The notes: a model not told the origin generated them from the sequence alone. 18,895 nt of DNA from Archangium sp. (GCA_031367385.1 JANLPS010000120.1:1-18895); one strand, 5' to 3'. Numbered from the stretch's first letter, positions 1-11,373 are shown. Translations and numbers: made by a program.

Positions 1-930
1 CTTGACCGCTCCGAAGTCGAACACGCCCAGGCGGCCATCGGGCAGCAACATGAAGTTACCGGGGTGCGGGTCGGCATGCACCACGCCCTCGCTCAAGAAC
101 GGCACCCAGATGGCCAGAATCAGCAGCCGTGACGCCTTGAATTTCTCTTCGGCGCTACGGGTGTCGATGTCTTGCAAAAATTCTTTGACCGTCATGCCCT
201 CGAGCAGCTCGAGGGTCAGCACCTTCTCGGTCGTCAGCGCGTCGAACACCCGAGGTATGCGCAGCTCGGGCAGCCCGTGCACCGCGTGCTCGAAGAGCTT
301 CAACCGGCTCGCCTCGGTGCGGTAATCGAGCTCATCGAGCAACGCTTCACGCATCTCGGCGTAATACGCCTTGCCCTGCGGCAACCGGGTCGACGCCGAG
401 ACCACGGTGACCATCGCACCGATGTTGTCGAGGTCGGCCGCGAGCGCCTTGGCGATGTCGGGGTACTGCACTTTCACGGCGACCTTCGTGCCATCGTGCA
501 GCACCGCGCGGTGCACCTGGCCCAAGCTGGCCGACGCCAACGCGGTCTCTTCGAAGCTGGCGTAGGCCTCTTCGACGCTCTTACCCAGCTGTGACGAGAC
601 CACCTCCCGCACCGTCGCCCACGGCATCGGAGGCGCCTGGTTCTGCAGCCTCGCCACCACGGCCCGAATCTCAGGCGTGAGCAAGTCAGGGTCCATCGCC
701 AGCGACTGGCCGATCTTCATCGCCAGGCCCTTCAAGTCGCCCAGGGTCGCGACCAACTTCTCGGCCGCGCCGTTGCCCAGAATCGAGATCGGGTCGTCTG
801 AAGATTTGCCCGCGAAGCGTTTCACGCCACGGCTGACAACATCGGTCGACAACTTCGCAGAGAGCGACGCGAGCTTCGCGAGACGTGCGAACCGCCCGGT
901 CGAGGGTTTGTATGAATCGTCATCAGCCAT
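1..930 (-). CDS. ABC1/UbiB/AarF-family atypical protein kinase, 3' end truncated by the window edge
   Basis: Absent from the ORF track because it has no stop in the window. Manual translation from ATG at 930 gives MADDDSYKPSTGRFARLAKL...LKGLAMKIGQ...LQNQAPPMP...ASASLGQVHRA...VAVKVQYP...ELDY...HADPHPGNF...FDFGAVK, which contains the KxGQ, ASxGQVH, VAVKVQ, DPHPGN and DFG motifs of the family. Confidence 0.93.
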   Translation of the reverse strand, partial: MADDDSYKPSTGRFARLAKLASLSAKLSTDVVSRGVKRFAGKSSDDPISILGNGAAEKLVATLGDLKGLAMKIGQSLAMDPDLLTPEIRAVVARLQNQAPPMPWATVREVVSSQLGKSVEEAYASFEETALASASLGQVHRAVLHDGTKVAVKVQYPDIAKALAADLDNIGAMVTVVSASTRLPQGKAYYAEMREALLDELDYRTEASRLKLFEHAVHGLPELRIPRVFDALTTEKVLTLELLEGMTVKEFLQDIDTRSAEEKFKASRLLILAIWVPFLSEGVVHADPHPGNFMLLPDGRLGVFDFGAVK

Positions 931-942
931 CAGACGCCCCAG

Positions 943-1971
943 TTAACGCGAAAACACCGCGGTGACCTTCTTTTCGCGACCGAAAAACCCGAGGCAGAGG
1001 CCTGCGGCGAAGCCGACCAGGTGGGCGAGCCACGCCACGCCTTCGAAACCGAGCGACCACAACGAAATCTGAAACAAAACCCAGCCTGCGCCGTACACCC
1101 AAAGGGGTATGGTGACCAATCGCAGCGCGTAGAGCGTCACCTTCGCGCGTGGGTGAATCAGCAGGCAGATGCCGATGCACGCGGCGACCAGACCGCTCGC
1201 GCCACCGACCAGCGTGCCTTCCCTCGAGACGAGGGCTTCGGCGAAAATCGTCATCGGTGTGAGGAGCAACACGACGAGTGCGAAGACCCAGCGTGGCAAC
1301 GCCCGCTCGGCGCTCGAGCCGAAGACCAAGAGCGTCAGCACGTTGCCGATGAGATGCCACCACCCGAAATGAGCGAGGCCAGCGGTGAACAGGCTCGAGA
1401 TCGAGCCGCTGCCGACCTGGTACGCGAGCGAGTCGGCGGCGTCAGCGCATTGAATGAGCACCAACCCAACCGCCAAGGCCCTCGTCAACCACGGAGCGCG
1501 AGCTCCCGTTGCGCCGCGCAGCACGGGTACGCCGAGCACCGCGAGCGCTTGATCTTCGATGGCCAGCGTCTGAGGTTGCGCTTGCGTGACCGCTTCGGCG
1601 AGCTCTCCCGCCATCGCAGCCCGCTCATCGGCCGGCAGCCCGGCGTATGCGGTCTGGCGTGCCGAGCGCTTGAGCAGCGCTTGCAACGTGCGCACGTCGG
1701 CCTTCTCAACCCAGAGCCGTTCGCACGATGGGCACTCTTCGAGCCACGCCGCCGATGACCCGATGCGCAGGCACCGCATCGGTTTGACACACTCGGGGCA
1801 CACCCGCGTTGGCCCTCGAGGCGGCGACCGTTCGACCTCGAGCAAGGCTCCGGCTCCTGGGAGCTGCTCCTCGAGCTGGCCGCCAGTCATCAGCGCGCCA
1901 TCGCAAAACGGGCAGCGCAGGGCTCCTTCGGCTCGAGGCACCAAAGCGCGGTTGTGATCGGGGCAGTTCAC
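943..1971 (-). CDS. Rhomboid-family intramembrane serine protease with N-terminal tandem zinc ribbons (zf-TFIIB-like)
   Basis: HFGWWHLIGN, GGASG (catalytic Ser) and AHLVGF (catalytic His) with several hydrophobic helices. N-terminus has CPDH/CPFC and CPEC/CPSC pairs. Start placed at GTG 1971 (M-N-C-P-D-H); the ORF track extends it to 2031. Confidence 0.88.
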   Translation of the reverse strand: MNCPDHNRALVPRAEGALRCPFCDGALMTGGQLEEQLPGAGALLEVERSPPRGPTRVCPECVKPMRCLRIGSSAAWLEECPSCERLWVEKADVRTLQALLKRSARQTAYAGLPADERAAMAGELAEAVTQAQPQTLAIEDQALAVLGVPVLRGATGARAPWLTRALAVGLVLIQCADAADSLAYQVGSGSISSLFTAGLAHFGWWHLIGNVLTLLVFGSSAERALPRWVFALVVLLLTPMTIFAEALVSREGTLVGGASGLVAACIGICLLIHPRAKVTLYALRLVTIPLWVYGAGWVLFQISLWSLGFEGVAWLAHLVGFAAGLCLGFFGREKKVTAVFSR

Positions 1972-2115
1972 GCGTTGCCAGAACAGTAGCCCCAATCCCG
2001 TTCGTCCTGAGGGAATCGAAGGACCCCGCATTCAATGGCCGGGGCCCGTCGCAACACTCCGACGCCAAGGTCTCAGCCTTCGTCGCCGGCATCGGTCGCG
2101 TTCACCTGCACTCAC

Positions 2116-3780
2116 CTACGCGACCGTCGCAACACCCCGCCGCAGCAGGTCTTTCACGACCGCCGCGACCTCCAACGGCGTGCACTTCAACCGCGCAATC
2201 ACCTCCGCCGGAGTCAGCTTCTGCTCGCACAACATCCGCGCCATCGGCACCCACGCTGGGGGCCCGACCGACACGTACAGGCGAAACAGTTCTTCGTTCA
2301 CGGTCAGCCCCTTCGCCTTCTGCAACGCGTCTTCACGGGCCTTTCGCTGCTCGTCGTTGAGCCAGGGCACGAGCCGATTCAACGTGCTCTCGGTCGGGTG
2401 CTGGCCAAACCCATCTTCGGGCGCTCGCCCCTGGCTCGACAGCGACCCGACCACCTGCTTGGAGCTCAAGAACACCGCCAGCGCCCGGTCACCGGTCAGC
2501 ACCGAGTTGCCCACCCGCGCGGTCATCTGCACCAACCGGCCCCGCTCGAACCAGGCGCGCCAAATGCCCCACGCATCGCGTGCGTCGAGCTGCCCAGAAA
2601 ATTTCTGCTCTGCCAGCGCACGCAAGGTCCATTGAGGCCCGAGCGCTCCGAAGTCGTGCTGCATGCCGCCCTCGGCCGCCAGCAACCGCAAGAAGCGACG
2701 CCGGGGCTCGGCGAGCTCCTTGACCTGCGCCTCGAGCGCCGAGAGCTTCAACGTCTTGGGGAAATAGGCCTGCGCTCCCGCGTGCAGCAGTCGCAGCGAC
2801 TCGCGGTAGTCGTCTTGCGCCGAAAACAGCGCGACCGGCACCTCATGGGTGCGAAAGTCTTCGCGAATCATGCGCAGCAGGCCCCAGCCATCGAGCCGCG
2901 GCATGTTCAGGTCGGCGATCACCACTTCGAACTTGCCCGAGACCAACACATTGAGCGCCTCGACGCCGTCGCGCGCCGTCGCCACCGGGTACCCCTTTTT
3001 CGACAGGTAGCTCGAGAGCATCGTCACCACCGTCGGGTCGTCGTCGACGAAGAGCACCGGTATCTGGCCCGCGTCTGGCGAGACCGCCACCTCGGCCATT
3101 GGTGGCTCGCGCGTGGCCACCGCAGCATCTGCCTGCAGCTCGACCAGGCCGGCCCCACCCTCGGGGCCCTCGGTGAATGACCAGGCCCGTCGCGCGCGAG
3201 ACATCGCCGCGAGCGCAGCCTGCATCGTCTCTGCCTCGTAGCGCGCGCTCTTGAGCACGCCGCGCACGAAGAAGGCGCGGCCCTCCTGATTCGAGTCTTC
3301 GGCGAGCGCCAGGCCCCCGGTGCGCCGGGTTCGCATGATGTGCTGCAGCAGCCCGTTGATCTCGTTCGGCCCGCCGTGCCCACGCAGCTTACCCGAGCGC
3401 TCGGGCAGCTCGGCCAACAACGTTCGCAGCCGCCCCAGATGCAGCCTCGCCGAGAAAGGCTCCTGCCACATGTCGACGATGCCAGTGCGAAAGGGCCGCA
3501 CGAAGACCTCGTCACCGGTGTCGCGGCACAACAGCGCCACCGCCAACGTCGCCGCGCCTGGCACATCGGCCCGTGCCAGCAGGGTGGTCAACTGAGGGCT
3601 GCCGACCTCGGCGTGCACCAACAGCAAGGTCGGTTGAAACTCGCGCTGCAGCTCACTGAATTCTTGGGGGCTGAAGGTGCACCACGAGACCTGCATGCCC
3701 GCACCATCGAGGGCCAGGCCCATGCGCTGCGCGGAGTCGGTGTCGACATCGACGATGAGTACGCGGGGCTCGTTCGGCAT
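2116..3780 (-). CDS. Multidomain response regulator: pseudo-receiver, DUF4388-like, canonical receiver, second DUF4388-like, C-terminal helical/wHTH-like tail
   Basis: Canonical REC: VLFVDDD...VIADLNMPRLDG...FSA...AYFPK. N-terminal REC-like segment RVLIVDVD...PTLLLVH lacks the acceptor Asp. Two DUF4388/PATAN-like patterns (RRTGGLAL...GRAFFVRGVL; KFSGQL...AWFERGRL). Confidence 0.88.
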   Translation of the reverse strand: MPNEPRVLIVDVDTDSAQRMGLALDGAGMQVSWCTFSPQEFSELQREFQPTLLLVHAEVGSPQLTTLLARADVPGAATLAVALLCRDTGDEVFVRPFRTGIVDMWQEPFSARLHLGRLRTLLAELPERSGKLRGHGGPNEINGLLQHIMRTRRTGGLALAEDSNQEGRAFFVRGVLKSARYEAETMQAALAAMSRARRAWSFTEGPEGGAGLVELQADAAVATREPPMAEVAVSPDAGQIPVLFVDDDPTVVTMLSSYLSKKGYPVATARDGVEALNVLVSGKFEVVIADLNMPRLDGWGLLRMIREDFRTHEVPVALFSAQDDYRESLRLLHAGAQAYFPKTLKLSALEAQVKELAEPRRRFLRLLAAEGGMQHDFGALGPQWTLRALAEQKFSGQLDARDAWGIWRAWFERGRLVQMTARVGNSVLTGDRALAVFLSSKQVVGSLSSQGRAPEDGFGQHPTESTLNRLVPWLNDEQRKAREDALQKAKGLTVNEELFRLYVSVGPPAWVPMARMLCEQKLTPAEVIARLKCTPLEVAAVVKDLLRRGVATVA

Positions 3781-3880
3781 CGGCCCTCGAGAAGGTAGTC
3801 AGCGTTGCCCACCCACGCCAATGCGAACTCGGAGAAGCTCGCGGTGTGGTGCCGACCCCTACATCGAGGTGGAGCCCGAT

Positions 3881-4945
3881 TTAGAACACCGCGGGGAGCG
3901 TCACATGAAAGGTGCTCCCCGAGCCGAGCGTGCTCTCGACCCACAGCCTGCCGCGATGCGCCTCCACGATTTTCTTCGAAATGTAGAGCCCCAACCCCAC
4001 GCCGCGGCGATCAGGGCTCACCTGGCGAAAGCGCTCGAAGATGCTGTGCAGCTGGTCGGGGGGCACGCCGAGGCCGGTATCGGCCACCTCGAGGTGGAGC
4101 AGGTCGCCCTCTCGACGGCTGCCAACCACGATGGTGCCCCCGGGTGGGGTGAACTTGATCGCGTTGCTGACCAGGTTGGCCAAGACCTGGAGCAGGCGGT
4201 CTGAATCGACGTTGGCGTGGAGCGTCTCGGCCTTGTGCACCAGCGTCACCGGCTTGGCCGCGGCGATCGGTTCGAAGGCGTCGAGGGTCTCGCGCAACAC
4301 CACGGCGATGTCGACCTGCCCGGGCACCATCGACAGGGTACCGGCCTCGATGCTCGACACATCGAGCAAGTCGTTGATCAATCGGTTCATTCGCGTGACC
4401 AGCCGTCGATTGGTGTCGACCGCGCGCCGCACCATGTCTCCCAGTGCGCCGGCGGCCGCCTCTCGGCCCATCGCCTGGGTGTTGAGCGACAAGGCGCTCA
4501 GGTAGCCCCGAAGATCGTGACTGACGACTGCCAAGAACTCGTCACGGGCAGCCACGATGGTGTCGGCGTATTTGCGCTCGTCGACCAGATCTCGATCGGT
4601 CGCGTCACGCTCGACCGCCAGAAAGTCTGCGTGCGATCGCTTGCGTTCTTCTCGCTCGCGCTCGAGCAGGCGGTCAGCTTGCGAGCGCTCACGTTGCACC
4701 GAGGCGTCGCCACGAGCCGCCACGGCCGCTGCCTCTTTCGACCCGGCTGGGGCTCCGCTCCGAGTCGTCTCGAGCAGCTGATCAGCCCGTTCGCGGGCCA
4801 GCTGAAGCACCTGACGCGCCAACGCCTCGGCGGTCTCTTCTTTGTGGGCAACCGTGGCGTCGGTGTTGTCGCGTTCGGCCTGCAAGCTTTCGTCGGTTTG
4901 GTCTCGCTCCGCGCGCTCAGCAGGGTCTGGTTTGGGCCCAGTCAT
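3881..4945 (-). CDS. Soluble sensor histidine kinase (HisKA + HATPase_c) with N-terminal coiled-coil repeats
   Basis: H-box SHDLR, N-box QVLANLVSNAIKFT, G1 DTGLG, F-box IFERF, G2 GVGLGL. No transmembrane segment; ERxxTD-type repeats in the N-terminus. Confidence 0.93.
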   Translation of the reverse strand: MTGPKPDPAERAERDQTDESLQAERDNTDATVAHKEETAEALARQVLQLARERADQLLETTRSGAPAGSKEAAAVAARGDASVQRERSQADRLLEREREERKRSHADFLAVERDATDRDLVDERKYADTIVAARDEFLAVVSHDLRGYLSALSLNTQAMGREAAAGALGDMVRRAVDTNRRLVTRMNRLINDLLDVSSIEAGTLSMVPGQVDIAVVLRETLDAFEPIAAAKPVTLVHKAETLHANVDSDRLLQVLANLVSNAIKFTPPGGTIVVGSRREGDLLHLEVADTGLGVPPDQLHSIFERFRQVSPDRRGVGLGLYISKKIVEAHRGRLWVESTLGSGSTFHVTLPAVF

Positions 4946-4969
4946 GGCCGCGCATGCCTACCACGTTTG

Positions 4970-4992
4970 CCCATCACCCGAAGGTGTATGGG
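4970..4992 (-). other. Stem-loop with cUUCGg tetraloop in the kinase/cyclase intergenic region
   Basis: Minus strand reads CCCAT-A-CACC-TTCG-GGTG-ATGGG: 9 bp stem with one bulge, ending ~25 nt upstream of the kinase ATG. Function unknown. Confidence 0.45.
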
Positions 4993-5105
4993 ACATCGGG
5001 GCCTCAGAACGCTGCGAGTGTGGCGTGGTGGCGCACCGAAAGGTCGATCGAGCGCGGGCTCGGCTCGACGCGCGCGGGTACGATCGGTGCACGGTGGCGG
5101 CGGCC

Positions 5106-5969
5106 ATGACTGAGCCAATCTCCTCTCGTAAGCCCGCGACCTCGCTGACCGAAGTGTTGGGGCAGACCAAACAGGCGAAGGCGCTGGTTCAGTCGGCGGC
5201 CACCGACTTGTCTTCGGTCAACGCCATTCTCAAAGAGGAGCTCACCGAGCCTCGGCTCGCGCCAGCGTTGGCGAAGAGCGAGACCGTCGAAGAGAACGTG
5301 ACCGAGGCGGCGAACACGCTCTCCGAGGTGAATCGAGCGCTCAGCGCTGAGGTTCGGGCCCGACACCAACTCGAAGATCGACTGTTGAGCGTCGAGGAGC
5401 ACGCCCGCGCCGACCACTACGCGGCCCTCCACGACTCGCTCACCGGGCTGCCCAACCGGGCCCTGTTCAGAGACCGCCTCGAGCAGGCCTTGGCGCAGGC
5501 CCGCAGAAAACGCTGGCCGGTCGCCGTACTGTTCGCAGACCTCGACAACTTCAAGGAGATCAACGACGTGCTGGGCCACAGCGCCGGAGACACGGTGCTG
5601 CACACCATCGCCACACGCTTGAACAAGAGCTGCCGCGCCGAAGACACCGTCAGCCGCTACGGCGGTGACGAGTTTTTGTACCTGCTCAGCGACCTCCATG
5701 ACGACCAGAACATCGCGATGATCGCGACCAAGATCGTCAACGCCATTCGCGCCCCATGCGAGCTGGTGGTCGATGGTGCCACGGTCACCCGCCGGGTCGG
5801 CGCCAGCATCGGCATTGCCGTTTTTCCCCGCGACGGCAACTCGGTCGATCAGCTCATCAAGTGCGCCGACGCCGCGATGTACGAGGCCAAGCGCACCGGG
5901 TCGGGCTACGTGTTCGCGCGCAATGCCGCGACCGTCGGGAGTGGGCTCAACCCCTTGAAATTGCAGTAG
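5106..5969 (+). CDS. Diguanylate cyclase (GGDEF domain) with N-terminal coiled coil
   Basis: HDSLTGLPNR, FADLDNFKEIND, GHSAGD, RAEDTVSRYGGDEF (intact RxxD I-site five residues before GGDEF), ASIGIA, ADAAMYEAK. Start placed at ATG 5106 because the ORF-track start (4842) overlaps the kinase. Confidence 0.93.
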   Translation: MTEPISSRKPATSLTEVLGQTKQAKALVQSAATDLSSVNAILKEELTEPRLAPALAKSETVEENVTEAANTLSEVNRALSAEVRARHQLEDRLLSVEEHARADHYAALHDSLTGLPNRALFRDRLEQALAQARRKRWPVAVLFADLDNFKEINDVLGHSAGDTVLHTIATRLNKSCRAEDTVSRYGGDEFLYLLSDLHDDQNIAMIATKIVNAIRAPCELVVDGATVTRRVGASIGIAVFPRDGNSVDQLIKCADAAMYEAKRTGSGYVFARNAATVGSGLNPLKLQ

Positions 5970-6076
5970 TGCTCGCGGGGCAGAACCCCTGCTTCACGAA
6001 CAGGTGAGAAGCGCGGAGGAAGCAGATCATTCTTCCTCCTGAGGCGAGGTGTGCTAAGCGCCGCGCCCGTCTCCCT

Positions 6077-6090
6077 TAAGGACAAAAACC
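6077..6090 (+). promoter_or_regulatory. Ribosome binding site of the pyrophosphatase gene
   Basis: TAAGGA followed by the A-rich spacer CAAAAACC directly before ATG 6091. Confidence 0.6.
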
Positions 6091-8613
<2,523 letters not shown>

Positions 8614-8643
8614 CACCTCGCTGAAACGCCAAAGCGAATGAAC

Positions 8644-8681
8644 AGGGCCACTTTGGGAAACCGAAGTGGCCTTTGTTTTTT
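8644..8681 (+). terminator. Rho-independent terminator after hppA
   Basis: AGGGCCACTTTGG-GAAA-CCGAAGTGGCCTT hairpin (GNRA loop) running into a T tract (TTTGTTTTTT), 30 nt after the stop codon. Confidence 0.85.
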
Positions 8682-8734
8682 GGAGCAGTCGAGAAGCACA
8701 GAAAAGGAGACGTCAAAGAGTGAGCTCGAGCGGC

Positions 8735-9658
8735 ATGTCGATACTGCGGCTGACGTTTCTCGGCACCTCGGCCGCGGCGCCCACGCTGCACCGAAACGTG
8801 TCGGGCCTGGCGGTCAAAGCCAACACCGACCTGCTGCTCTTCGACTGTGGCGAGGGCAGCCAGCGGCAGATGATTCGCTTCGGCACCGGGTTCTCGGTCG
8901 ACGCGGCGTTCTTCACCCACTTTCACGCCGACCACTACCTGGGCATCATCGGCTTCTTGCGCACCTTGGGCATGGGTGGTCGCAGCGAGTCATTCACGCT
9001 CTGGGGCCCGAGCCCCGCCCGCCGCATTCTCGACGCCGCCATTCACTTGGGCGTCGACCGCCTCGCGTTTCCCATCGACATTCAAGAGTTGCGTGGCGGT
9101 GAGTCGCTGCCGCGCAACGGCTACTCGGTGAAGCCGATACGGGTCGACCACCGCGTCAACGCGCTCGGGTACGTGCTCGAAGAAGACCTGCGCCCGGGCC
9201 GCTTCGACCCCGACGCCGCGCGCGCGCTCGGAGTCGCCCCTGGGCCCGACTTCGGCAGGCTGCAAAAGGGGCAAGCCGTCACCTCGACCTCGGGGGCCAC
9301 CGTGCTGCCCGAGCAGGTGATGGGCCCGTCACGGCCCGGCCGCAAGGTGGTCATCTCGGGCGACACCAGGCCCTGCGCGGCGTTGATCGAAGCTGCCAAG
9401 AACGCCGACCTGCTGGTGCACGAGGCGACCTTCAGTGACGAAGAGCAGGCCCGCGCGCTCGAGACCCGGCATTCTACGGCGCGTGAAGCCGCTCGGGTCG
9501 CTCGCGAGGCCAACGTGAAGCGCCTGGTGCTCACCCACCTGTCATCGCGTCACGACGTCGACCCGCGGCCGCTCTTCGAGCAAGCCCGGCAAGAGTTCGA
9601 TGGCCCGATGGAAATCGCCTTCGACGGGCTTGTGATCGAGCTCAACCCCGCGCCGTGA
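8735..9658 (+). CDS. rnz: Ribonuclease Z (tRNA 3' processing metallo-beta-lactamase)
   Basis: FLGTSAAAP, FDCGEG, THFHADH (HxHxDH), GP-rich flexible arm (PGRFD...GVAPGP...GRLQKG), SGDT, HEATF, HST, LTHLSSR. Start placed at ATG 8735. Confidence 0.95.
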   Translation: MSILRLTFLGTSAAAPTLHRNVSGLAVKANTDLLLFDCGEGSQRQMIRFGTGFSVDAAFFTHFHADHYLGIIGFLRTLGMGGRSESFTLWGPSPARRILDAAIHLGVDRLAFPIDIQELRGGESLPRNGYSVKPIRVDHRVNALGYVLEEDLRPGRFDPDAARALGVAPGPDFGRLQKGQAVTSTSGATVLPEQVMGPSRPGRKVVISGDTRPCAALIEAAKNADLLVHEATFSDEEQARALETRHSTAREAARVAREANVKRLVLTHLSSRHDVDPRPLFEQARQEFDGPMEIAFDGLVIELNPAP

Positions 9659-9676
9659 GGCCCGAGAATTTCTTCT

Positions 9677-10246
9677 TTAGTGAATCACGCCGTAGTCACC
9701 GTCGAAGTTCGGCGGCCCACCGGTGACGCCGGGTACGGTGATCTCAGCGATCACTGCCGCGACGGTGAAGCTGGGGTAGGTGTCGTCTTGGCCGAAGTAG
9801 CCCTCGGCGTACACGCTGAAAATGTCGTCGGCGCGGTTGGTTGGGTTGCTGCCGTCAGGGTTCGCCTGCTTGTAGATCCACCACTGGTAGAGCTGACCTG
9901 CTCCGTTTTCATATTGGGTGCCGCCCCCGATGGCCGGCCCGTTGACGACCCCGCTGGTCACGAGGTTCGACCCCGCGCAGTTGCCCGTGCGCAGCTTCGC
10001 CACTGGCCCGGTGCAGAAGGTGTAGCCGCTGTTCGTGATCAGGCCTGCTCGCACCGTGGCCAACGCCAGCTGAGCCGCTTGATCGGCCCTCGCCGCCGCG
10101 ACCCGCTGCGCCATCATGGTCTGCGCGGTGAACCGACCGTCTTCAGAGGCCGAGTACAACCCCGCCACGAGCAGGGTCAGCACCAACAGCACCATCAAGA
10201 CCATGATCAGTACGTAGCCGCGGGCCTGTCGGGGTTTCAACGTCAT
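9677..10246 (-). CDS. PilX-like type IV minor pilin
   Basis: Class III signal RQARG|YVLIMVLMVLLVLTLLVAG lacking Glu+5 (PilX/GspK trait), followed by a AAARADQAAQLAL helix. ATGA overlap with the upstream pilW-like gene. Confidence 0.78.
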   Translation of the reverse strand: MTLKPRQARGYVLIMVLMVLLVLTLLVAGLYSASEDGRFTAQTMMAQRVAAARADQAAQLALATVRAGLITNSGYTFCTGPVAKLRTGNCAGSNLVTSGVVNGPAIGGGTQYENGAGQLYQWWIYKQANPDGSNPTNRADDIFSVYAEGYFGQDDTYPSFTVAAVIAEITVPGVTGGPPNFDGDYGVIH

Positions 10247-11373
10247 GGCTGCACCTGGGCAAAGTTTCTCAACATGTAGGTCTGCGTCTGGCTCGTTCGC
10301 TTCACCAGGTCTGCGGGCATCGTCTCGTTGCCCAGCCGCGGCGGCACCACCGCCGGGAGCGGAATTCGGTCATCGGTCTCGCCGCGCGAGCTCAAGCCGA
10401 TCTTCACCCCGATGACCCGAGAGGTGTTCTGAAACTCCGCCGTCGAGTTAGCGCCCGCCAAGGTGCAGTCGCCACCCGAGTTGCATTCGCAGATGCCATT
10501 CGCGCACCCCGCCGAAAAGCCCGTGCCGCCTTGGGTGACCAGCGGCATGACCTGAAAGTTGTCGATGCCACGGGCCAAGACCGTCATCGCGCCGGCGTCA
10601 CCCGTGGTGGCAATTGACAGCGCGGGTATGTCGACCTGGTAGAGCGCCCGCGACCCACCGTCGCCGAAAGCCAACACCATGTACAGGTGGCGAACGGCCG
10701 CGACTGAGACGGTGAAGTCGGTGGCATTCGGGGCAGAGGGCACGGGCGGGCACTGGTAGTTCGCCGGAGCCGTCGCCACCGTGTAGTAGCTCATCGACTG
10801 GGTGTTCAGGTCGCGATCGACCGGTCGGTACTGAATGCCGAAGTTGTTGTCGACGAAGCCGATGCCAAGGCAGTTGCCCCCGTCACTCGTGCCAATCATC
10901 AGCAAGAATTGCTCTGTACCAGCGTCGTAGAAGATCGGGCCACCGGGGTTGGAGAGCGTCGGGCCCCCGTCGGGTTTGATCGAGACCAACCGCCCCGCCG
11001 TCTCGGGCAAGCCTTCGACCAGCTCGAGCACATCGGTCTGAGCGGTCACGCACAGGCCCGAACCGCAAGAGGGAGCGACCGGGAAACCGCCGTACCGCGT
11101 GCCCGAGCTCACGTTGTCGTACACGCGAAAGCCGAACCGCGCAGAAGGAAAGTGGTAGCCGCCGTTGAGAAGGCTGCGCTCGAGCAAGGTCATCGCCGTG
11201 AACGACTGCGTCAGACGGTCGAGCCGCTTTCGGTTGGCCGCGCGCTGCGACGACATCGTCACCAGCAAGCTGGCGGCGGTGACGACGAGAATCGCGGCGA
11301 TCGCACTGACCACCAGAATCTCGAGCAGTGTGAAGCCGCGCTTACGGGTTGGGGTTCGAGACAACGGTGCCAT
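10243..11373 (-). CDS. PilW-like type IV minor pilin
   Basis: RKRG|FTLLEILVV prepilin site; LERSLLNGGY resembles the PilW 'RDIRxAGY' segment; QTDVL, LARGIDNFQV and terminal LRN are PilW-like. Confidence 0.82.
   Translation of the reverse strand: MAPLSRTPTRKRGFTLLEILVVSAIAAILVVTAASLLVTMSSQRAANRKRLDRLTQSFTAMTLLERSLLNGGYHFPSARFGFRVYDNVSSGTRYGGFPVAPSCGSGLCVTAQTDVLELVEGLPETAGRLVSIKPDGGPTLSNPGGPIFYDAGTEQFLLMIGTSDGGNCLGIGFVDNNFGIQYRPVDRDLNTQSMSYYTVATAPANYQCPPVPSAPNATDFTVSVAAVRHLYMVLAFGDGGSRALYQVDIPALSIATTGDAGAMTVLARGIDNFQVMPLVTQGGTGFSAGCANGICECNSGGDCTLAGANSTAEFQNTSRVIGVKIGLSSRGETDDRIPLPAVVPPRLGNETMPADLVKRTSQTQTYMLRNFAQVQP

Noticed and set aside
4955..5045. Possible c-di-GMP riboswitch next to the cyclase (GGGCAAAC on minus strand, CCGAAAGG on plus strand)
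   Set aside because: The elements are on opposite strands and not in class I order; an Rfam scan would be needed to exclude it fully.
4842..5105. ORF-track N-terminal extension of the diguanylate cyclase
   Set aside because: It overlaps the kinase head-to-head and looks non-coding; ATG 5106 is more plausible.
8666..8734. ORF-track N-terminal extension of RNase Z
   Set aside because: It starts inside the terminator; family similarity begins at MSILRLTFLGT.
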